A stretch of 63,808 bases of DNA, the filler included, from Octopus bimaculoides (taxonomy: Eukaryota), in the NCBI RefSeq assembly GCF_001194135.2. It is 5 parts of 5 records of this genome, joined end to end, with 100 filler letters (N's around TTAATTAATTAA, not from the genome) between each part and the next. Parts side by side here need not be neighbours in the genome. Positions count along the whole stretch, not along the records: positions 1 to 20,152 come from NC_069007.1; positions 20,253 to 46,960 come from NC_068981.1; 3 more parts are not named here. One strand, given 5' to 3'. Shown one piece after another: positions 11,006-23,500 of the stretch (positions within the stretch are counted from its first letter, which is position 1; the number at the start of each line of letters is the position of its first letter). The translations under genes and the position numbers were made by a program. Under the pieces are notes generated by a model. It was not told the DNA's origin and searched no databases. It saw nothing but the letters and a program-made list of their open reading frames with translations.

Positions 11006-11394
11006 TTTGCAAAATACGTTTGGTTTTTGCGATGTAAGAGTTGTGTTTTTTATATTACCAAATGTGTTCTCAAATATGATCTGCGCCCTATATATACATA
11101 CATACATACATATATATATATATAGAAAGACTGAGTGTATATATAAATACACACACACATACACACACACACACACATATATATATATGGTTGGTGTGAT
11201 AGTCGAGGTTGAAACATCTTTGGTCACAGATCATCAGAACAGGATTAACACAGAACGAAACGACAACCACAAAAAAAAAAGAATTAATGTTAGTAGGGAA
11301 GGGTTACTTATGTCATAATAACCTCCACCCTCTCTCTCTCTCTCACTCTCTCTCTCTTTCTGTATCTCACCCCCACCTCTTCTCACTTCCTCTA

Positions 11395-11770
11395 CAACAG
11401 CCAAAGCCTAATGACTGTGCAAAGCAGTGCTTAATTAAATTTTCTTATGTCTTTGTGGGTTGTTAATTACGTGATTGTTCTTCTAAAACATGTCAAACGG
11501 AGGGTGTCGAGGAGGAGGAGAAAGAGAAGAAGAAGAAGGAGGAGGAGGAGGAGGAGAAGGAGGTGGAGGAAGAGGCCCGATCATTAACTTTCACACCCAC
11601 ATCGAAGTAAAGATAAACGAAGACCTGGCTTTAATTAAAGCTGTCGGTATTGGTGGTGGTGGTGGCGGCGGTGGTGGTGTCGGCGTTGAAGAATCTAGGA
11701 TCGGTCAGCGGCGAAGGCGGTTGTCGGGGTGATGGGTAGGAAATTGACGCCTTTAGGAAGTTGAGGTTGT
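11395..11770. promoter_or_regulatory. Candidate developmental enhancer interrupted by triplet repeats
   Basis: CpG-retaining unique sequence with homeodomain-type TAATTA sites, the perfect palindrome GCTTTAATTAAAGC (11628-11641) and CTTTGT, split by (GAG)n and (GGT)n tracts. Confidence 0.25.
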
Positions 11771-11916
11771 GACGCAATACATACACACACATACATACAT
11801 ACATATGTATGTATGTATGTATATATATAAATGTATATATATATGTACATATATCTATATATATGTGTATGTGTGTGAGTACATATACATATTCATATAT
11901 TATACGTTATATATAA

Positions 11917-11957
<41 letters not shown>

Positions 11958-12108
11958 CGATCGGGCCTCTTCTGCCTCCTCCTCCTCCCCTTTCCCTTCT
12001 TCTTCTCCTCCTCCTCCACACTCTCCGTTTGACATATTTATAAAAGTAGGATCTTCATCATCATCATCATCATCATCATCATTACCGTCATCACTATCAT
12101 CACCATCA

Positions 12109-12141
<33 letters not shown>

Positions 12142-12961
12142 TCATCATCATCATCATCACCACCACCACCACCACCTTCGTCATCGTCGCCGAACAAACC
12201 GAGATATTTCAGGAAGACTTTCTCATGTAAGAGAGAGAGAGAGAGAAATAGAGAGAGAAAGAGACCGACAGACAGACAGACAGACAGACGGACGGACGGA
12301 GAGTGAGATAACGAATACTTTCTCTCGGTGAATTAAAGACAACTGGAAGGGTAGGGCCATATACCCGATACCTAGCCATGCCAGAAATAGCAGCCAAATC
12401 ATATCCTTCCATCCATCTTGAAAATGGAGAGCATGTTACGTAATTGTCATTCTAGATAATCCTAAAAAGAAGGGATGGTCACCATTTGGAACACATTTGA
12501 TCACCGTGCCAGCAGGATCGAAATTAACCTGGAGCCAAAACCACTATAACGACTAATACGAACTACTCTACAATAGTTTTGAGAGGGGGGGTCCTGAGGG
12601 ACACGCGCTCCCCTCAAGAAAAGAAGTGCGCCCTTCTAAATAATGTTATTACGCCCTTTTCTCCTGGAATTGTATTCCTTTTTGACCTTGTGCCCTCCCT
12701 TCGAAAAATTTCTACGACCGCGCCTGGTATAGTCCTAGGTATACGATGTCTGAGTAAAAGATGGGATGGTCACTGCCTGCTGGAACGTCTTTGATCGTAA
12801 GAGACTAGGATCAAGGCTGATTTGGGGTTAAAGAACGCCACCAGATAAGTGGCTACTATAGCCATTAATTATTGTCTTTATCGCTCATAGGGGACTAAAC
12901 ATAGAGTGGACAAACAAGGACAGACAAAGGAATTATGTAGATCAAATTGATCCTAGTGAAT

Positions 12962-13243
12962 AACGTGTACCCTTAACGTAGTTCTCGGGGGATATTCAGC
13001 GTGACACAGAGTGTGACAAGGCTGACCCTTTGAATTACAGGCACAACAGAAACAGGAAGTAAGAGTGAGAGAAAGTTGTGGTGAAAGAGTACAGCAGGGT
13101 TCGCCACCATCCCCCTGCCGGAGCCTCGTGGAGCTTTAGGTGTTTTCGCTCGAATAAACACTCACAACGCCCGGTCTGGGAATCGAAACCGCGATCCTAT
13201 GACCGCGAGTCCGCTGCCCTAACCACTGGGCCATTGCGCCTCC
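12962..13243 (-). mobile_element. Young tRNA-derived SINE, family C
   Basis: The reverse complement is nearly identical (roughly 9 differences in 280 bp, counted by eye) to 26384-26660. Confidence 0.85.
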
Positions 13244-13527
13244 ACTATACATTAGATAATCTAGATGGAACGGTCACTGCCAGAACATCTTTGATCATAG
13301 GTCTCTTGGATCAGGACTGACCTGGGGTTATACATCATCAACAACAACAACCACAAAACCGTACCCAGAAAGCAACACAAATATATAAACCGAATTAACA
13401 TCAGTCGTTTGACGTAATAGAAAAGTCTTTATCTTCCCATTTCCTGCTATCCGCCATTTAAGGTCATGTGATCAACTCTATTATAAAAAATGGAAGTACG
13501 ATCTGTCGTCTTTCGCTTTGGCGTCAT

Positions 13528-13560
<33 letters not shown>

Positions 13561-14079
13561 GCAAGGAAGAGGGAAGCGGTTGTTGTCATCCGGTTCACAG
13601 TTACTCGGTACATTTTGGTATATAACAAGGATAAATAGTAAAATTATCGGACAGAGAGAAAAGGATGGGAAGGAGAAACGAGGGAGTGACTCGGCTTGCT
13701 AGAAATAGCAGCGAAACATTCCTCGAGATCATTTACTACAGACATATTTTTTTTTAATTTTAAAATACAAACTATAAAGTCGAGATGATTACAAGGCATA
13801 CATGCACAATTGTGCCCCACGCCTCGACTTTGTTTCCTGATAACTTTCTGAAAAATGGTATTTTAATGAAAATTTCTACGACTTTTCAGATGGCGGTATT
13901 TTGATATTTTCTATGTTTCACTTGTTTCACTCATTAGGCTGAGGTCATGCTGGGACACCGTATGGTTAGCATGGCTCTGGCCCTGGTATAATTACAATTC
14001 TCGGTTCTAAAGAGTTGTGTATAAACAGTGGAAAGAAATACGAGAAAACGAGGTGCAGTTAACAGCTACACTTCATTCA

Positions 14080-14825
14080 ACAGCTACTTCTGCTCGTGAT
14101 CAGAGGTGCACATATCGTCAGCCACCAAGGGACATGATCAACTTAAGGTCAAACAACTGACAAGCAAATCTGTGGTATTGAGCAGAATATTTGCTGTAGC
14201 CCATTTTTTTATACCAAGACAAAACAATGTACATGATAACACTTCCAATCAGTTAAGATCAGAAGCCATGAGAGCCACTGCCTGGTACTGCATCCGGGCT
14301 TTCTCTTTACCACAAGTTTTGTTGAAGCTCCTGGAATCATGCATGCGTGATGGGCTTACCACCCGCAGCCTACGGTGCCATGCTATTCGCTCTTTTCAGC
14401 TATCTAGTACTTTCCTGATAATTGTGGCCATGCCAAGGAGGTAAACCTTTTGTAACAGTTGTACTGGGAACCCTATTCCAATTTCCTTTATATTCCTCTT
14501 GATGCCTTCTTATATTGTTCCCAAGGACCCAACAATAATTGGTACTGTCTTCACCCGTTTCATTTTCCAGAGCTGGGCTATTTCGTACTTAAGAGGGTTG
14601 TATTCATCTATCTTTTCGCCTTCCTTCTTGACCATTCGTGGGTCAAAGGGTCATGCAACACCAATTATATAGCATACGTGGTACACCTTGTCCACTACCA
14701 CTAGGTACGGTCTGTTATGCTCTAGCACCTGATCTGTTTGGATTGGGAAATCCCAGAGGATTTTGCTTGTTTCCGACTCTGCGGTTTGTGCCCATACCAC
14801 GTCTTGCCTCTGTATAGCCGCCATT
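14080..14825 (-). mobile_element. R4/Dong-like LINE 3' end: REL endonuclease plus 3' UTR
   Basis: Minus-strand translation KILWDFPIQTDQVLEHNRPYLVVVDK...VACPFDPRMVKKEGEKIDEYNPLKYEIAQLWKMKRVKTVPIIVGSLG...LQKVYLLGMATIIRKVLDS*. The 5' truncation abuts (CTT)n(ATT)n at 14828-14897. Confidence 0.85.
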
Positions 14826-14899
<74 letters not shown>

Positions 14900-15799
14900 G
14901 GCGGCGAGCTGGCAGAATCGTTATTGTTGTTGTTGTTGTTGTTGTTAGTAGTAGTANNNNNNNNNNNNNNNNNNNNNNNNNNNNNNNNNNNNNNNNNNNN
15001 NNNNNNNNNNNNNNNNNNNNNNNNNNNNNNNNNNNNNNNNNNNNNNNNNNNNNNNNNNNNNNNNNNNNNNNNNNNNNNNNNNNNNNNNNNNNNNNNNNNN
15101 NNNNNNNNNNNNNNNNNNNNNNNNNNNNNNNNNNNNNNNNNNNNNNNNNNNNNNNNNNNNNNNNNNNNNNNNNNNNNNNNNNNNNNNNNNNNNNNNNNNN
15201 NNNNNNNNNNNNNNNNNNNNNNNNNNNNNNNNNNNNNNNNNNNNNNNNNNNNNNNNNNNNNNNNNNNNNNNNNNNNNNNNNNNNNNNNNNNNNNNNNNNN
15301 NNNNNNNNNNNNNNNNNNNNNNNNNNNNNNNNNNNNNNNNNNNNNNNNNNNNNNNNNNNNNNNNNNNNNNNNNNNNNNNNNNNNNNNNNNNNNNNNNNNN
15401 NNNNNNNNNNNNNNNNNNNNNNNNNNNNNNNNNNNNNNNNNNNNNNNNNNNNNNNNNNNNNNNNNNNNNNNNNNNNNNNNNNNNNNNNNNNNNNNNNNNN
15501 NNNNNNNNNNNNNNNNNNNNNNNNNNNNNNNNNNNNNNNNNNNNNNNNNNNNNNNNNNNNNNNNNNNNNNNNNNNNNNNNNNNNNNNNNNNNNNNNNNNN
15601 NNNNNNNNNNNNNNNNNNNNNNNNNNNNNNNNNNNNNNNNNNNNNNNNNNNNNNNNNNNNNNNNNNNNNNNNNNNNNNNNNNNNNNNNNNNNNNNNNNNN
15701 NNNNNNNNNNNNNNNNNNNNNNNNNNACCTAGGTGCTGTAAGCATCGCACTAAAGGCGGTGCTCCAGCATGGCCGCAGTCAAATGACTGAAACAAGTAA

Positions 15800-15875
15800 A
15801 AGAATAGTTTTACTTTTATAACGTGCTTTCACTTCACTACCGAGCGCAGCTCTGTGTGCCTTGGGTATGTACTGT
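15800..15875 (-). mobile_element. 3' tip of a second R4/Dong-like family
   Basis: TATAACGTGCTTTCACTTCACTACCGAGCGCAGCTCTGTGTGCCTTGGGTATGT is nearly identical to 39430-39483. Confidence 0.7.
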
Positions 15876-15887
15876 GATTTACTGCTG

Positions 15888-15928
<41 letters not shown>

Positions 15929-16299
15929 GCTACTACAACGGTCGAGAAAAATAAGCAACACTTCATTGATTTAAACAAATACGTGCCAAGAGAGATAACT
16001 CAGCATGTCAAGTGGGATGTATTTGGACAACATAGACAAATCGTTGGCGTGGACGTGTGGTAACAAGTTTGCTTCCCAAGCCACACGGTTCTGGTTTTTG
16101 TCCCGTTGCGTGGCACCTTGGGCTTGTGTCTGCTACTATATAGCATCGGGCTGACCAACGCCTTGTGAGTGGATTTGGTAGACGGAAACTGAAAGAAGCC
16201 CTTCGTGTTTGTACGTGTATATATAATTGAAAACCCACATACATATATTTCAAAATGTGACCACATGCGGATCGTTGGTGATTTTTTTCCTTCGATTTC

Positions 16300-16883
16300 C
16301 TTTTCTTTTAGACTTTCCTCTGTCTCCCGTTTCTGACCAAGAGCCTTGCTCGATACTTAAAACTACTTTTCTTCCCTGAGCGTCTACTTATACTTTGCAT
16401 GTACCACGTCCTCGCGTTGTTGTATTTTGTGTTTTCCCTCGTTTTTTGTGGGGTGGGGATTGACGTTCTATGGACTGGACGCCTCCTATTTCTCTCTTCT
16501 ATCTTTTCTCCTTTCAAAGAAAATAATTCTCTCAGCGTTCACTATTTTCCTCTCGTTCTGGTCTAACGAATCCTCCATGTTTGTTTTCGTTCGGTTTCTT
16601 TCTATGTCTCCACTGTCCTGCTTTTGTTCCAAACTTTGACCCTCCACAAATTCAAAATTCTATTTTGGTATTTATGGGAGCAACTGTCTTCGAAGGCTCA
16701 TATTGTCGTTGTTTGCTCGAAATGGGGAGTAGATAGACAGCCGACAACTGATGAAGGGTCGTTATTTGTATTCTTTGTACTACGTGTCCTGTTTATCATT
16801 TTTTCTCTCGTTGTTTGCGTATTCAACTTATTTGTTTTCGTATTTCATGTTATTTACTTTAGGTGACGTCCTGTACCCAAATA

Positions 16884-16885
<2 letters not shown>
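16300..16885 (+). mobile_element. PLE-like pseudo-LTR fragment with decayed HHR-like motifs
   Basis: CTGACCAAGAGCCTTGCTCGATAC (near 16343) and CTGATGAAGGG...TACGTGTCCTGTT (near 16748). The 3' end is shared with 9010-9030 and runs into (TA)n. Confidence 0.35.
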
Positions 16886-16915
<30 letters not shown>

Positions 16916-16942
16916 GCTTCTTACCACACAACCACGCCTGTG

Positions 16943-16981
<39 letters not shown>

Positions 16982-17492
16982 NNNNNNNNNNNNNNNNNNN
17001 NNNNNNNNNNNNNNNNNNNNNNNNNNNNNNNNNNNNNNNNNNNNNNNNNNNNNNNNNNNNNNNNNNNNNNNNNNNNNNNNNNNNNNNNNNNNNNNNNNNN
17101 NNNNNNNNNNNNNNNNNNNNNNNNNNNNNNNNNNNNNNNNNNNNNNNNNNNNNNNNNNNNNNNNNNNNNNNNNNNNNNNNNNNNNNNNNNNNNNNNNNNN
17201 NNNNNNNNNNNNNNNNNNNNNNNNNNNNNNNNNNNNNNNNNNNNNNNNNNNNNNNNNNNNNNNNNNNNNNNNNNNNNNNNNNNNNNNNNNNNNNNNNNNN
17301 NNNNNNNNNNNNNNNNNNNNNNNNNNNNNNNNNNNNNNNNNNNNNNNNNNNNNNNNNNNNNNNNNNNNNNNNNNNNNNNNNNNNNNNNNNNNNNNNNNNN
17401 NNNNNNNNNNNNNNNNNGATGGTGGTGGTGATGGTGATGGTGGTGGTGGTGGTGGAAGGAGAGTATCTGATGTGGTAAATGATGACGATTAC

Positions 17493-17532
<40 letters not shown>

Positions 17533-17539
17533 GTGGTAG

Positions 17540-17570
<31 letters not shown>

Positions 17571-18806
17571 ACTGGTGCTGGTGGCTTGAGGAGGACGAGG
17601 AAGAGGACGAGGTGGAAGAGGATGAGAAGAAACGCTGACTTGTTTGACATCGGACATGTCATAAGCCAATGTGTCCATCCTTTCCTAAAAATGTATTCTG
17701 CGGCTAAAGATTAGCAACTATTTCTTGTGGAGTCAATAGCTGGGTAAGGGACCTTCGTTTGTCCTTCAGTTTTGGAAAATATTAAGGTGAAATACAATGG
17801 AGATTTAACTGATATTTCTAGCAGGTTCGTTTGTTGCCCCTTATAAGTACAAGTAACTTATCGACTCAGCTAAGTTGAGTCGACTCTTACCTCTCTTCGA
17901 ACTATAGATCTTCCATCACACTAACCTAATCAACATTATTATCATCATCATCGTCATTATTATATTTTTCATCACCATTCTGCAAATTGGATCAAATTCT
18001 CCGACAAAAATAATCTGCTTTTTTATTTTTATTTTTATTTTTTTTTTACATCTTTAAACTATTTTTCCACGAAATTTTTAGTGAATTTCTCACCAAAAAT
18101 AATGCAGTAAAAACTAACAAAAAGAGTGAAAAATCGGAAATAAAAGAAAGAAAATTCGTGAACGAAACGAGAAAAAAAAGAAAAATGAAACATGAAGACG
18201 ACAAGGATATGAAGTGGCAACGTTTTGTTTATTTATTTTGTTTTGTGGGTGGAAAAGGAAAAATGATATTTGAACGAAGTTTAATTGAAGCGTTAAATAA
18301 ATTTATTTAAACATTCTTTAGACAGATGGTTAGAGACGTGGTTCAGCCTCTTCGCCATGTCTTCTTTCATTGAAGCAGACGACATCTTACCTTGTTGGTG
18401 CAGACGATAGTTTAAAGAAGGACGTTTTTTTTTTCTCTATTGTGTTCGCGTCATATTTATATAGGTCAACAGTTAAGATGAAGAAGGGACAAGAACGAAA
18501 GAAAAATTAATCAAAACAAGAACAAAAGAAATACACTTGAAAATTATTGAAGAAATCTTGAAATGAAGGAGGAAAGGAAAAAGAAAAAAAGAAAGAAGAC
18601 GGGTGAAACACAAACGTACAAATACACCACGTACAATGAATGGAAGAAAGAAAAAAATGAAAGAAAGAAAGAAAGAAGGAAAGAAAGAAAGAAGGAAAGA
18701 CAGATAGATAGATAAAAAATGAAGCAAGAGAAAATAAAAAAAGGAACAGAAAATAAAGGGATAAAGGAAATGAAAATATTAAGCAGAATGAAGAAGAGAA
18801 GGAGTG

Positions 18807-18844
<38 letters not shown>

Positions 18845-18948
18845 AGAGAGAGAGAGACATACATACATACATACATACAGACAGACAGACAGACAGACAG
18901 AGAAAAGACGAACATACGTACGTACGCATACATACATACATACATACA

Positions 18949-18984
<36 letters not shown>

Positions 18985-19229
18985 TNNNNNNNNNNNNNNN
19001 NNNNNNNNNNNNNNNNNNNNNNNNNNNNNNNNNNNNNNNNNNNNNNNNNNNNNNNNNNNNNNNNNNNNNNNNNNNNNTATATATATCTTCTTTACTTGTT
19101 TCAGTTATTAGACTGTGGCCATGCCACAGTAGCAGACACTTGCCCAAGGTGCCACGCAGTGGGACTGGACCCGGGACCATGTGGCTGGTAAGCAAGCTAC
19201 TTACCACACAGCCACTCCTTACCACATAA

Positions 19230-19830
19230 CCAGAGAGACAAAGGCGAAGAACAGCCAGTCTCACTCAGGAAGAAATGGATGCAAGAAGATTAAACAATAC
19301 ATTAAGGTTATAAAACCAATCACAAGAAGTGAGACAAGAGAGACGAGCGCAAGACGCAAGAAGACAGATTCGAAGACGTCAAAATGAAAAGGAGGACCTA
19401 ATTGCACAAAGGAGAGATATCCAAAGAGAGGGAGAGAGCAGCACAAAAGCGCCAAGATGAAACAGAAGAGCAAGGAGCAGAGAGGAGAGAGTATCTAAGA
19501 ATGAGAGTATCCAAGAATGAGAGCATCTAAGAATGAGAGTATCTAAGAATGAGAGCATCTAAGAATGAGAGTATCTAAGAATGAGAGCATCGNNNNNNNN
19601 NNNNNNNNNNNNNNNNNNNNNNNNNNNNNNNNNNNNNNNNNNNNNNNNNNNNNNNNNNNCAAGAATGAGAGCATCTAAGAATGAGAGTATCTAAGAATGA
19701 GAGCATCTAAGAATGAGAGTATCTAAGAATGAGAGCATCGGAAAGGCGACAAGATGGAAAGGAAAAAGGAGGCAGCACAAAGGAGAGAAATCGAAAGAGA
19801 GAGAGAACATCGAGGAGAAGAATGGAAGAA
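19230..19830 (+). mobile_element. R/E/Q-rich coding relic resembling the repetitive N-terminus of a Helitron Rep/helicase
   Basis: Translations such as LTQEEMDARRL, QSQEVRQERRAQDARRQIRRRQNEK, AAQKRQDETEEQGAERREYLRMRASERRQ. No catalytic motifs are seen. Confidence 0.3.
19487..19740 (+). repeat. 16-bp minisatellite (GAGAGYATCTAAGAAT)n, interrupted by an N gap
   Basis: Directly visible, with T/C variation at one position. Confidence 0.9.
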
Positions 19831-20196
19831 TTAATTAATGATGAAACGGACCATCCAAAACAAGGTGAGCTCATTGCTGGTAGGGTTTTCACGAGAAACC
19901 CGGTGTTGAAGCAGTTACTGAGATAAAGGTTGCATCGTAGAAGCTCTTTCGTTGGCTCAGAAGATACAAAGCGAATTGTTGGTGTGAAAAAGCGATGTTT
20001 TGGGGTAAAAGAGTTCGAGCCTTTCTCGAAGCCTAACCAATTGTCGATTTTATGAAGATAGTCTGCGATTTGAGCGAAATTTGGCTGCTCTTTCCGGCAA
20101 ATAAAGCTACAAACGGACAAGTTCTTATTGTTTAGATAGAACTCCATGGGGGNNNNNNNNNNNNNNNNNNNNNNNNNNNNNNNNNNNNNNNNNNNN

Positions 20197-20208
20197 TTAA
20201 TTAATTAA
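20197..20208. other. Artificial scaffold spacer TTAATTAATTAA inside a 100-bp gap (N44 + 12 + N44)
   Basis: Identical 44N-12-44N layout at 20153-20252, 46961-47060, 51207-51306 and 58764-58863. The 12-mer gives stops in all six frames. Confidence 0.95.
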
Positions 20209-20252
20209 NNNNNNNNNNNNNNNNNNNNNNNNNNNNNNNNNNNNNNNNNNNN

Positions 20253-20580
20253 TGGGTTTTTAATCTGTTGTCGATGTACCCGTGAGCGTTCCGATAGTGC
20301 ATTACCTGTCTGGCCAACGTACAGTTCTTCACAATTAGGGCATTTGATGCAGTAGATTAGATTTCTACTTTTGCAGTTCATGTTCGCATTGGTGAATATT
20401 TTCCCTGTTTTTGTGTTCATATATGGGCCGGTATGGATTGATCGGCATGTGCCGCATCGGCTATCATTGCATTTGGATACAGTGAATGTCTGATCTTTGT
20501 TGCTGAGGTCAAACCTTGCTTTTGTTAATAGTCTTTTCAAGTTTTTAGGTTGTCTCTTACTGAGAGTTATATTGAACTAA
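20253..20580 (-). mobile_element. Penelope-like element GIY-YIG endonuclease fragment
   Basis: SKRQPKNLKRLLTKARF...SKCNDSRCGTC...NMNCKSRNLIYCIKCPNCEELYVGQTGNALSERSRVHRQQIKNP: the PLE Cys-rich linker plus IY...YVGQT and R..H motifs. Confidence 0.9.
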
Positions 20581-20989
20581 CTATTTTATATCAAAATATA
20601 TTTGCGACCTTTTATAACGAGGCAATTTATAGCTAATTTTCAGTTAGTTGGTATGGTACATGTTCAATACGTGTATCGAACGTACCATCCAATATCGCCG
20701 GCTTGCCGCCTCTAATACCAGTCAGTATCATGTGTTATACATAAGTGACAAGTGTTTCTTTACTATCTCGTTAAACTTTTATCAATTACGAAAGATTTAT
20801 AACCCTCCCGATGAATACGAAAGATAAAAGCAGTGACGAAACTGAGTTAGGTTTAACTCTGCCAAAGAGAAGAATTAAACAATATAATCATAAATTATTG
20901 AACAAACTTTTATTGGATTCTCGATTTTCATCAAGGTTAGAACCAAGTAAAATAATATCGAAAGAGCTTACTGTAAATTTTGTCGTTGT

Positions 20990-22479
20990 GAAATTCAAAG
21001 CAGTGTAACTCATCTGGAGAGGCGCGCAAAAATGGATAAACGTATTTAAAATGTTAATTCAGAAAATAAAAGTGGAAAACTGACCGACGTTTTGAAGCCT
21101 ACAACTTCTGTTCATATTACAAACGTAGCAGCTGCAGAGCTTAGGCTTTGTTCCTTCACTGCAGAACATAACTTACCAGCAAGACTCATGGATCATTTAC
21201 CTAGATTAATTCAGAATGTGTGTCCTGATTTCAAAATAGCTAAAGATATTAAATGTGCAAGAACCAATGCTACTCAAATATATAAATATGTTTTAGACCC
21301 TTATTACTTTGAAAACCTCATTAATAGAGTTCAAGTTTTCGCACAAACTTCACAATTCTATCATATGTACTGTTAAGGGAATACTTAGCAATTAAAAAAA
21401 AAATAAAAGAAATTGTGAAAAATAAAGATCGACATGAAATAAACATCAATGATCCATCGGTGTATCTTCTCATAACTGAAATTTCCAGACAAGCAAAATT
21501 TGAAAGCATTAACATAAAGAAAATTCATATATTAGTACAACTGAATTGAAACAATTTCATCTGAAAACATTAAATATTTATGTGCGCATTGGGAAGGAAT
21601 TTTTCAGCGCTTCTTTTCACATGATTTCTTCTGTAATCTGAAGCTTCTAGAAGCACTAGACCCAGTTAGTATTCGTGATTGCAACGGTCCAGGTTCAATT
21701 GTTCCTCTGACATGTAAATTTTCAAATATTGTACAGGAGAGTCAGATTGAAGCTTTTAATAAAGAATGGAGAGAACTTAAACTTCAAGATAACAATGACA
21801 TAATTGAAGCTACCAAACCAGACGATTATTGGTAGAGATGAAACTCGTTATCTGGTCCTATCATACTTTATGCTTCAGCTCCAGTCATTCCCACATTCTT
21901 CAGCTGCAGCCGAAAGAATATTTTCAGTCCTAAATAACATTAAAGTCAAGAATAGGTCACAACTGCATACCTAAACAATCAATGCTCAGCTACATTCAAA
22001 AAGTTTTCTTCGTGATGTAAACTGCACAACTTATACACTCGATACAGAGCTTTGTGCTAAATTAAAAGGACAAGGACATTGGTACAAAGAGGAACCTCAC
22101 TCTGTTGATGACACAGCCTTCTAATTATAAAGTAAGTACATTAAATATGTGTAGGTTACTTTAAAATAAACACGAGTTTATATGCTAATCTAGGTTGTTC
22201 CGCTAACGATAGCTGACCTTGCAAAATATTTTATTTTGCTAAAATAGCTTGAAACCTGGTTCGGAAAATAGATTGGTAAATGTTTTTATTTTTCATTCCC
22301 TTTCGAAATTATCCCTAATTGTGGTATAGAGTTTTTGGCTGCTCATTTTGGCGGGTTAGATGTCCTAATATAGGCATCTCTGTATTTTAAATGAATAATA
22401 TATAGTCTATTGACTAAGTTTTTCTTCTCGCTAGACCACTGGTAGTAAATAAAATTTCTAAAATTTTTTTGCTACCCTG
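20990..22479 (+). mobile_element. Internally deleted, degenerate hAT DNA transposon
   Basis: AAELRLCSFTAEHNLPARLMDHLPRLIQNVCPD.KIAKDIKCARTNAT (21092-21300), KEWRELK...KPDDYW, and the hAT dimerisation motif PHSSAAAERIFSVLNNIKVKNRSQL (about 21885-21965). Candidate right TIR GCTACCCTG ends at 22479; no left TIR found. Confidence 0.8.
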
Positions 22480-22486
22480 TGATTTA

Positions 22487-22521
<35 letters not shown>

Positions 22522-22523
<2 letters not shown>

Positions 22524-22680
22524 GACGGGCTTCTTTCAGTTTCCGTCTACGAAATCCACTCACAAGGCTTTGGTCGGTTCGAAGCTATAATAGAAGACAC
22601 TTGCCCAAGGTGCCACGCAGTGGGACTGAACCCGGAACCATGTGGTTGGTATGCAAGCTACTTACCACACAGCCACGCAA
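22522..22680 (-). mobile_element. SINE family A copy (retains CpG)
   Basis: Reverse complement of the 1828-2000 consensus; attached to (TA)n. Confidence 0.85.
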
Positions 22681-22749
22681 AAGCTAACCATTGCTTTTTA
22701 TATTTCAGATAAATTATACAAAACGCTATTTTTTTAGCTTGAATATTTA

Positions 22750-23500
22750 ATAATATCCAATTCGTTTACTGGTTTGATGGTATTGGTCAAAGTTAAAGAG
22801 TTGAGAAAAGATCTTTTTTGAAAGCTTAACGATCAATAATATCAAAGTAGACAAACCTATGATATTGCTAATCGTTATCATTACTATATCATTCGTAACT
22901 GCCCCATAGGCAATATTATATGTTTTATTCATACAATCGAGTTTAGAATATGCTTAGTATTAAGTCGTAGTCTTTGCTAGATTAGAATAACTACAGTCAT
23001 GTGTTTCGATGAAAATTAGGTTTACTATATTTGGGGATAAAATGTGATTCACGGGAGTCAGATATTATACTCTGTCCTCTACGTTAAGGGTGATAGGATT
23101 ATGTTTAGCATCTAGAATAATAGAATTGCATGTCTTCTTGTCAATTTTGCAAAAAAATATTGGTAAATATTCTGCATGTGCTTTTATCAACATAATTATG
23201 ATGCTTTGTTCTTACGAACATGATTTTTGGAATCACGTGAAGGGAGTTCTTGTTTAAGGCACTTTGAAGGCGATGGTTTTGTATCATACCCTCTTTTCCA
23301 AACTGGAGAGATTTCTTGAACGGCTATAATTCTTTAGTTCTTTAATAGCTTCAGGGTTTTCTACTTGATTGACATGCGAATTTATAATATCTGTCATTTC
23401 TCAGCGTATCTTTGCCAAGAAAATAAGCACGCCACTTCATTCTTCTTATGAAAACCCGTTTTTGACTCAAGATTTCCAGTTGCTGGAATGAAAAGGACTT
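22750..23500 (-). mobile_element. Heavily decayed PLE ORF (N-terminal region and start of RT)
   Basis: FIRRMKWRAYF (ORF 23351-23551) resembles the PLE N-terminal motif LRWKA.F. FVYFDIID at 22829-22857 resembles the PLE RT motif FDI.DFYPSI. Confidence 0.55.

Noticed and set aside
11907-12306. Poly-Asp/Gly/Ser ORFs (also 11490-11732 and 17418-17714)
   Set aside because: These are triplet microsatellites open in several frames and on both strands, with no splice or domain evidence.
19707-20147. 146-aa minus-strand ORF as a host gene
   Set aside because: No recognisable domain; its C-terminal half is the antisense of the R/E-rich TE relic, and it starts at an artificial join.
20197-20208. TTAATTAATTAA as a homeodomain-site cluster
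   Set aside because: It is always centred in exactly 44+44 Ns, so it is an assembly spacer.
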